NCBI GenBank assembly: GCA_038888155.1
Contig: JAWAJB010000001.1
Coordinates: forward strand, 192,001 to 256,000
Direction of reading: 5' to 3'
Origin: Desulfurococcaceae archaeon
Lineage (GTDB): Archaea > Thermoproteota > Thermoprotei_A > Sulfolobales > Desulfurococcaceae
Length of the DNA stretch: 64,000 bases
This document shows positions 58,272 through 64,000 of the stretch, one piece after another; positions within the stretch are counted from its first letter, which is position 1, and every line of letters begins with the position of its first letter. Under the pieces are notes generated by a model, which saw nothing but the letters and a program-made list of their open reading frames with translations, ran no database searches and was not told where the DNA came from. The translations under genes and the position numbers were made by a program.

Positions 58272-58476
58272 AGGGACACGCTGCCCAGTATGTAGTGCAC
58301 TTAGACACTGAAGACCTAGTTAGGTACCTATTCGTTGCCTTGCAGTAAGATACGCAAGTAATCTCTGGCTCCCTTCCGAGCTGAACTACAGCGTAGTGGG
58401 GGCAGTTGCTCCGCTCAGTGCAAGAAGGCAGCGCGTGAACAGCTAAGTACACCTCTCTCGGCTTACTAGTGCTCAA
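58240..58476 (-). CDS. Small Cys-rich putative metal-binding protein
   Basis: CPHY...YCKA...YLTRS.V.KC..YW..CPF. Confidence 0.65.
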   Translation of the reverse strand: MSTSKPREVYLAVHALPSCTERSNCPHYAVVQLGREPEITCVSYCKATNRYLTRSSVSKCTTYWAACPFKQSLDLQLA

Positions 58477-58593
58477 GGTTCCACCGCTTATTATATTAAC
58501 TAAAGTTAAAGAATTAAATACCCTCTAGTGAAATACCATTTTGGGCCCGAACGGAATTGATGAAGAGCCCAGGCCATGCGCTGTGTAGAAAAT

Positions 58594-58692
58594 GGCCCGG
58601 GTAGCTCAGCCTGGTAGAGCGCCGGGCTGTGGACTCCCGAGATGATGGGGACAGATACCCGGAGATCCCGGGTTCAAATCCCGGCCCGGGCC
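58594..58692 (+). tRNA. tRNA-His(GTG) with genome-encoded G-1 and 24-nt canonical 37/38 intron (58633-58656)
   Basis: G-GCCCGGG acceptor, GTG at 58629-58631, strict BHB (CTGT/ACAG helix, GGA and ATA bulges), C73 discriminator. Confidence 0.96.
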
Positions 58693-58802
58693 CTTGCGCT
58701 CATGCGGCTCTACGCCATTGAGCTTACCCCGCTGCTCAATAAAGAGCTTAGGAATGAGTAGCGCCTAAAATTAATCTGCTGTGCGCTTATATTATATTTT
58801 AG

Positions 58803-59117
58803 GTGAGGGGCTTGAGGATACTTGCATCAATTAAAGTTACACCTATAGGCACGAGCAGTTCCAGCCTAAGCAAGTACGTCGCTGAAGTAGTAGAAGTTTT
58901 AAGGCGCAGAAATTTGAAGTACGCTATTTCGCCTTTCAACACATCTGTAGAGCTAGACAGCTTGACGCAGCTCGTAGAGCTAGTAGAAGAAGTTAAGGAG
59001 AGGTTAAAGGAGATGGGAGTTCCTAGAGTGGGTATAGATATTAGCTTGGACCTGAGATTTGATAAAGAAACAACATTAGAGCATAAAGTGAACAGCGTTG
59101 TGCAGAAGCTTAAGTAG
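58803..59117 (+). CDS. Thiamine-binding protein family (MTH1187/DUF77)
   Basis: V.PIGT.SSSLSKYVA...T.VE...RFDK..LE.KV. Confidence 0.85.
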   Translation: MRGLRILASIKVTPIGTSSSSLSKYVAEVVEVLRRRNLKYAISPFNTSVELDSLTQLVELVEEVKERLKEMGVPRVGIDISLDLRFDKETTLEHKVNSVVQKLK

Positions 59118-59164
59118 AGATATTAATCCTTACGTTCAAACTGCGCCTTTTTAGCAGCTAAAGA

Positions 59165-59238
59165 AGCCGCCGCCGGGATTTGAACCCGGGACCTCTGCCT
59201 TACCAGGGCAACGCTCCACCAGGCTGAGCTACGGCGGC
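59165..59238 (-). tRNA. tRNA-Thr(GGT), intronless
   Basis: GCCGCCG-TA-GCTC-AGCCTGGTG-GAGC-G-TTGCC-CTGGTAA-GGCAG-AGGTC-CCGGG-TTCAAAT-CCCGG-CGGCGGC-T. Confidence 0.96.
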
Positions 59239-59337
59239 CTTCTCTAGGTCTAATTTGATGTATAGTGAGCTTATATTTTAATTTTCTTCGCCTCTTTTGA
59301 GGTAGGGAACTTCAACTCTAGCCCTTAGAGAGCATAG

Positions 59338-61470
59338 CTAATCCGCTGTGCTGTACCCTAGCTCCCTTAGCTGTGTTCGCACTTCATCGGCAATTTTGGG
59401 GCCAAAAAGGGGGAGCGAGGCTATTCTCTTCTTAGGCACTTTAGCTAAGTCTTCAAGCGTTTTTATCCCATACTCTATTAATATCCTAGCCCTAACTCTA
59501 CCAATGTACCTAAGCGAAGCCAGCTCAAGGGCATCTGGCTTAACTCCTTTTTCAAGCCTCTGGGACAGCTTGCCTAGCTCCTTGTAGTAAGGTATGTCGC
59601 CTAAAACTCCAGCGATTTTGCTCAAAGCGCCTGTAATCCAGCTAGCTGTGTCCTTTAAGTTGTATACATCCCCAGGCCCTAAGTAGTATTTTTCCATAAT
59701 TCGATCCTCGTCTAACTCGTTAATCCAGTCGTAGAGGGCCATTGAGTGTACAAAGCCTCGCAACCAGTCATCGTAGTCCCCCAGCTCAGTAGTGGGGGGT
59801 ATTATTAAGCCGCTGCTTGAATATGCTTCAGCGAGCTCTTCGTAGTTTGCCAGGACTCTCCCGGGGATGTATGCGCTACTCCTCATGAAGTCAGGCGTGA
59901 GGGCCACTAAGTGCAATATGTAGATGTCGCGATATCTCTCAGGCCTATACTTGAAGAACGCGCTAACCGTTATTGGGTCGAGGTAGCTGAACGTCGTTAT
60001 TCTGCCTAGCTTCGTGGGCCTAGCAGAAGGCCCGCTCCTAGCGACCATGCCTAGTTCTCTCAAGAATTCAACTAGTTCATCTATACGCTTGTTTAGCTCG
60101 AAGCCAGCGTTGAGTTGGGCGGATAGGGTCCTGCCGAGAAGGTCTACGAGGCTGTCTATATCTCCTGCTTCAAGCGAAGTTAACGCTGAGAGTATGTGAA
60201 TTCTGAGGCTTCTCTCATTAAACAGCTTTCCCTGAACGGGCTCTGGCCTAGAGTCAATGTAGGTAAATCCCTCGCTCACACTTGAGGCATCAACGATAAT
60301 TGACTCCCCTATTTCATCATATTTAGGCCTACCAGCCCTTCCGACCATTTGCTTGTACTCAGATACGCTTATGTTCACTTTCCTGCCCCTCGTCGGGTCG
60401 TACCTCTTAATTGACACGATCACTCTCCTCGCGGGGAGGTTTACGCCAGCGGCGAGAGTTGGCGTAGCGTATATTACTCGTAAAAGCCTTTTCCTAAAGG
60501 CCTCTTCAACAGTCCTCCTAGAAACATGTGAAAGCCCTGCGTGGTGGAACCCAACTCCGCACAACATGAGGTTTCTCAAGTGCACTTTTTCAAGCCTTGT
60601 TGGCGCTTCTTCGAGCTCATCAATTAAGCTCGAGAGCTCGCGCGAGGAAGTATATCCCAATATGTTCGCTGTCTCGCTAGCTAGCTCCTCTACTCTCTTC
60701 CTGTTGTGTACAAAGACGAGGGTCTGGTAGCTATTCTCTAAGTTGTGCAGCACTAAGTTAATGATAGAGTCGCTGCTTTCCTCAGGCACTTCTTCTCTAC
60801 TACCGCTAGAAAAAACTACCTCGGACTTCCTCTTGTTGTAAACGCCTTCAACGAGCTTAACGGGCCTCCAATCGGATACGACAGCCTGGCCATTAATCCA
60901 CTTAGCTAAATCTGCTGGGTTACCTATAGTAGCTGACAGCCCTAGAACCCTTATGCCCTGCTTAAGCGACCTGGCGATAATCATCTCTATAATTGGACCT
61001 CTCTCTGGGTCGCTTACGTTGTGCATCTCGTCGACTACTACTAGCTTTACCCTATTCAGCCACGTCGGCTTGAGCCTCATTAAGCTGTCGAATCTCTCGT
61101 ACGTTGCAACAATGATGTCGTGCTCACCGAGGTGCTCAGCCGGCTGATCATAATCCCCCGTTGTAATTCCTATGCTTAAACCTAGTTTCCACAGTGCGCC
61201 GAACTCGCCGTACTTTTCGCTCGCAAGAGCTCGCAGGGGGGTTAAGTAGACGCCAATGCCCCTGTTTACAGCAGTCTTTACGAGGGCCATTTCAGCTACT
61301 AGCGTCTTGCCGCTAGCTGTAGGGGAGGATACAACCATGTTTGCGTCTCCCAGCAGTCCAAGCTCAACAGCGCGCACCTGGATGGGGTTCAGCTCTTCAA
61401 CTCCCCTCTCCTGGAGTATCTCTACGTAGGCCTTTGGGAGGCCGCGCTCAACGAGCTCGCTAACATTCAT
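59338..61470 (-). CDS. hel308: Ski2-like DNA helicase Hel308/Hjm
   Basis: PTASGKT, PLRALASEK, DEMH, SAT, FHHAGL, TPTLAAGVNLPA, QMVGRAGRP, C-terminal IGRVRAR HhH. Confidence 0.93.
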   Translation of the reverse strand: MNVSELVERGLPKAYVEILQERGVEELNPIQVRAVELGLLGDANMVVSSPTASGKTLVAEMALVKTAVNRGIGVYLTPLRALASEKYGEFGALWKLGLSIGITTGDYDQPAEHLGEHDIIVATYERFDSLMRLKPTWLNRVKLVVVDEMHNVSDPERGPIIEMIIARSLKQGIRVLGLSATIGNPADLAKWINGQAVVSDWRPVKLVEGVYNKRKSEVVFSSGSREEVPEESSDSIINLVLHNLENSYQTLVFVHNRKRVEELASETANILGYTSSRELSSLIDELEEAPTRLEKVHLRNLMLCGVGFHHAGLSHVSRRTVEEAFRKRLLRVIYATPTLAAGVNLPARRVIVSIKRYDPTRGRKVNISVSEYKQMVGRAGRPKYDEIGESIIVDASSVSEGFTYIDSRPEPVQGKLFNERSLRIHILSALTSLEAGDIDSLVDLLGRTLSAQLNAGFELNKRIDELVEFLRELGMVARSGPSARPTKLGRITTFSYLDPITVSAFFKYRPERYRDIYILHLVALTPDFMRSSAYIPGRVLANYEELAEAYSSSGLIIPPTTELGDYDDWLRGFVHSMALYDWINELDEDRIMEKYYLGPGDVYNLKDTASWITGALSKIAGVLGDIPYYKELGKLSQRLEKGVKPDALELASLRYIGRVRARILIEYGIKTLEDLAKVPKKRIASLPLFGPKIADEVRTQLRELGYSTAD

Positions 61471-61517
61471 AGTAGCACGCTCACTCGCGCTTCATTTTTA
61501 TCCTAAATAGTTATTAA

Positions 61518-63509
61518 ATGATTGAAATAGCAGGGGTTTTATCCGTGCCTGCGGAAGTTTTTCACAAACTCACAGGGTTAGATGAAACGCTGAAGCTAAT
61601 TGTAGAGAAAGTTCGGCCCGCTCCAAAGGGAGTAGAGGAAGTGAGTATAGAGGACGCTCTACTGAGAGTGCTTGCATCTAACATATACGCTCCAATGGAT
61701 TACCCTCCATTCGATAGATCAGAAGTAGACGGCTACGCAGTTAAAAGCCCGAGCACAGCGTATGCAACAGAGCTGAGCCCCGTTGCTTTGCCTTTAGCGG
61801 GCTCGCTGAAAGCAGGGGATCCAGGCACAGGCTACAGGTGTGTTGACAGCGCTGTTCAGGTGTCAACTGGAGCTGTTGTGCCGCTAGACTGCGACGCAGT
61901 AATTATGGATGAACACACGGAGAGAGCCGGCAATTACGTGAAGGTGTACCGCTCAGTAGCTCCGGGCGAAAATATCTCAACAGCTGGCAGCGACATATCG
62001 GCGGGAGACTTCTTGCTCCCCGAGGGGCTGGTGCTTAGGCACCGCCACATTGCGCTACTTGCTGGGCTTGGTGTCTTGAGAGTGCCTGTCTACATTAAGC
62101 CTAAGATTGCTGTGTACTCAACTGGAGCTGAGCTAGCTGCTCCTGGGAGCCCTCTAAGTCAGGGCAAGGTTTACGATGTTAATGGATATCTGATATCCTC
62201 TTTTCTAAGGGAGCTCGGCGCAGATGCTTCATTTAAAGGAGTGTTGCCGGATGACTACAGGCTAGTCAGGGAAGCTATTGAGAGAGATCTCAGCACTTAC
62301 GATGCTATCTTCACCAGTGGGGGAACTAGTGCAGGCGAGAGCGATGTAGTTTACCGCGTGTTTGGGGACTTAGGCGAAATCGTTGTCCACGGGTTAAAGT
62401 CCAAGCCCGGCAAGCCTACAGTTGTAGCCTCTAGTGGGGGGAAAATCCTATTTGGGTTGCCCGGCTTTCCGCTGTCGTGCTACATGATATTAGTTCGCGT
62501 AGTAGAGCCCCTTATAGCTATGTTAACTGGCGCTAAGTTCACGGAGGAAACGCTCAACGTGAGGCTCCCAATTAAGTTGAGAAAGGACGTCGGCAAAACT
62601 TGGCTTGTCCCCTCTATAGTAGTGGAGTCAGAGAGAGGCTACGTAGCGTACCCCGTATCTCTGAGTAGCGGCAGTATATACTCTATTACCTACAGCGACG
62701 GCTTCGTTGAGCTAGGTGAGGACGTTGAAGTGCTTAATCCTGATTCCGCGGTTCCCCTCCGCTTATTTGTGTGGAGAGGGGGATTGCATAAACTAGTGAT
62801 TATCGGGAGCAATGACCCCCTGCTGGAGTTTACGCTAGTTAAGACGGGCTTAATCTACGTGAGCAAGGTCCTGAACACGGGGAGCGTAGGGGGGTGGATT
62901 GCTGTTTCAAGGGGGGAGGCAGATATTGCACCTACGCACCTGCTAGACCCAGAGTCAGGCAAATACAACACTCCGTTCTTAGATAAGTACGGCTTGAGCG
63001 AGAGGGCAGTCCTGATAAGGGGGTATGATAGGCTAATAGGTTTTGTTACTGCAAAGGGCAACCCCAAGAGAATTGGCGGATTTGACGACTTTTTCAGGGA
63101 GGATATAAAGGTAGTCAACAGGCCTAGGGGGGCTGGGATAAGGGCGCTCATTGACAGCAATTTGAAGAAAATAGCAGCTGAAAGGGGGATTAAGTGGAGC
63201 GATGTCCCTAGTTTGATAAGGGGATACACGTACGAAGTGAAGACGCATACAGCTGTAGCTCTAGCTGTTAAGCAGGGCAGGGCAGATGTAGGCGTAGCAG
63301 TAGGGTACGTAGCGGAGATCTACGGCCTAGATTTCACGCCCATTGGATGGGAAGAGTACGACCTGTTGGTGCTGAGGAACAGGGTCGATAAACCTGGAGT
63401 AGCTAAGCTCTTAGATGCTCTGAAAAGCGGCGAGTTCATCGAAAAGGAGTTCAGGTTCAAGAAGTACTACAGGTTTCCGAGCAATACGGGCTACCCAAGA
63501 GGTCAATAG
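61518..63509 (+). CDS. moeA: Molybdopterin molybdotransferase MoeA fused to a periplasmic-binding-protein-like domain
   Basis: PPFDRSEVDGYAV, STGAEL, SGGTSAG, KPGKP, GLPGFP, then GSND...NRPRGAG.R...THTAVA; start may be a few codons later. Confidence 0.92.
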   Translation: MIEIAGVLSVPAEVFHKLTGLDETLKLIVEKVRPAPKGVEEVSIEDALLRVLASNIYAPMDYPPFDRSEVDGYAVKSPSTAYATELSPVALPLAGSLKAGDPGTGYRCVDSAVQVSTGAVVPLDCDAVIMDEHTERAGNYVKVYRSVAPGENISTAGSDISAGDFLLPEGLVLRHRHIALLAGLGVLRVPVYIKPKIAVYSTGAELAAPGSPLSQGKVYDVNGYLISSFLRELGADASFKGVLPDDYRLVREAIERDLSTYDAIFTSGGTSAGESDVVYRVFGDLGEIVVHGLKSKPGKPTVVASSGGKILFGLPGFPLSCYMILVRVVEPLIAMLTGAKFTEETLNVRLPIKLRKDVGKTWLVPSIVVESERGYVAYPVSLSSGSIYSITYSDGFVELGEDVEVLNPDSAVPLRLFVWRGGLHKLVIIGSNDPLLEFTLVKTGLIYVSKVLNTGSVGGWIAVSRGEADIAPTHLLDPESGKYNTPFLDKYGLSERAVLIRGYDRLIGFVTAKGNPKRIGGFDDFFREDIKVVNRPRGAGIRALIDSNLKKIAAERGIKWSDVPSLIRGYTYEVKTHTAVALAVKQGRADVGVAVGYVAEIYGLDFTPIGWEEYDLLVLRNRVDKPGVAKLLDALKSGEFIEKEFRFKKYYRFPSNTGYPRGQ

Positions 63510-63567
63510 CTCTTGCGTGCCTCGGTTTTAAACTGTATTAAATTGTATTGTAAACTAGGTGTTCAGC

Positions 63568-64000
63568 GTGTCTAAGCTGACTGTAGGATTAGTTCAAGCG
63601 TCTTTTACAGCGTCTCCATCTGAGAACTCCGAGAAAGCGTACTCAGTTATCAAGAGGAACTACAGGGAAGCAGACATAATAGTGTTGCCCGAGTACAGCA
63701 TGTCAAACCCATTTATACTGAAAGAGCCAGCGAGAGTCTACGAGATATCTGAGTTCTTAGCTAATAGCAGGTACTTGGCATTTTTCGCGAAACTAGCAGA
63801 CAACTTAGGCACTAATATTGTTGTGCACTTAATTGAGAGGACTGAGAGACCCCCGCTGGCGAAGAACACTACTGTGCTAGTTACAGGCCGCGGGGAGGTA
63901 CTGCCTTTGTACAGCAAGCTGCACCTAGTTGAGTCAGCGAACTACAGAGAAGTCGATTTCTTTGAGCCAGGCAAAAGCATAAGCAAAATTATATCCCTAA
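63568..64000 (+). CDS. Partial (3'-truncated) carbon-nitrogen hydrolase
   Basis: Hand translation from GTG63568: MSKLTVGLVQ...ADIIVLPEYS...KNTTVLV...YSKLHL...FFEPG; open to the window end. Confidence 0.88.
   Translation, partial: MSKLTVGLVQASFTASPSENSEKAYSVIKRNYREADIIVLPEYSMSNPFILKEPARVYEISEFLANSRYLAFFAKLADNLGTNIVVHLIERTERPPLAKNTTVLVTGRGEVLPLYSKLHLVESANYREVDFFEPGKSISKIISL

Noticed and set aside
40201-59238. Two tRNA-Thr genes sharing sequence as possible att sites of an integrated element
   Set aside because: Both are complete tRNAs with different anticodons in opposite orientation; the DNA between them is housekeeping and has no integrase
483-63248. Numerous 60-155 aa antisense or alternate-frame ORFs in the ORF track
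   Set aside because: They lie inside well-supported genes and have Ser/Leu-rich shadow composition without motifs
1-64000. CRISPR arrays, rRNA genes, IS elements, proviral genes, inteins
   Set aside because: No periodic repeats, rRNA-like stretches, transposase/integrase motifs or intein-sized insertions were seen

Overview
Gene-dense (~46% GC by eye) core-genome segment of a hyperthermophilic crenarchaeon, most likely Desulfurococcales/Desulfurococcaceae, judged from reverse gyrase, aIF5A, Cdc6/Orc1, PriL, Hel308, geranylgeranyl reductase, AMP phosphorylase and BHB-intron tRNAs. It holds about 65 housekeeping or hypothetical CDSs, three conventional tRNA genes (Thr-TGT and His-GTG with 37/38 introns, intronless Thr-GGT) and at least two convincing C/D-box sRNAs. 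I saw no CRISPR array, rRNA, transposase or integrase. The standout is the initiator tRNA-Met(CAT) at 51056-51327 (minus strand), broken at position 30/31 by 198 nt. The 5' half has its own TATA box, a GC-rich trailer and a T-run. The 3' half has its own BRE/TATA and a GC-rich leader. Trailer and leader form a 16-bp helix plus a relaxed bulge-helix-bulge motif. This is the architecture of a tandem, recently split (trans-spliced) tRNA; the alternative is an exceptionally long cis intron. All calls were made by eye, with no database searches.
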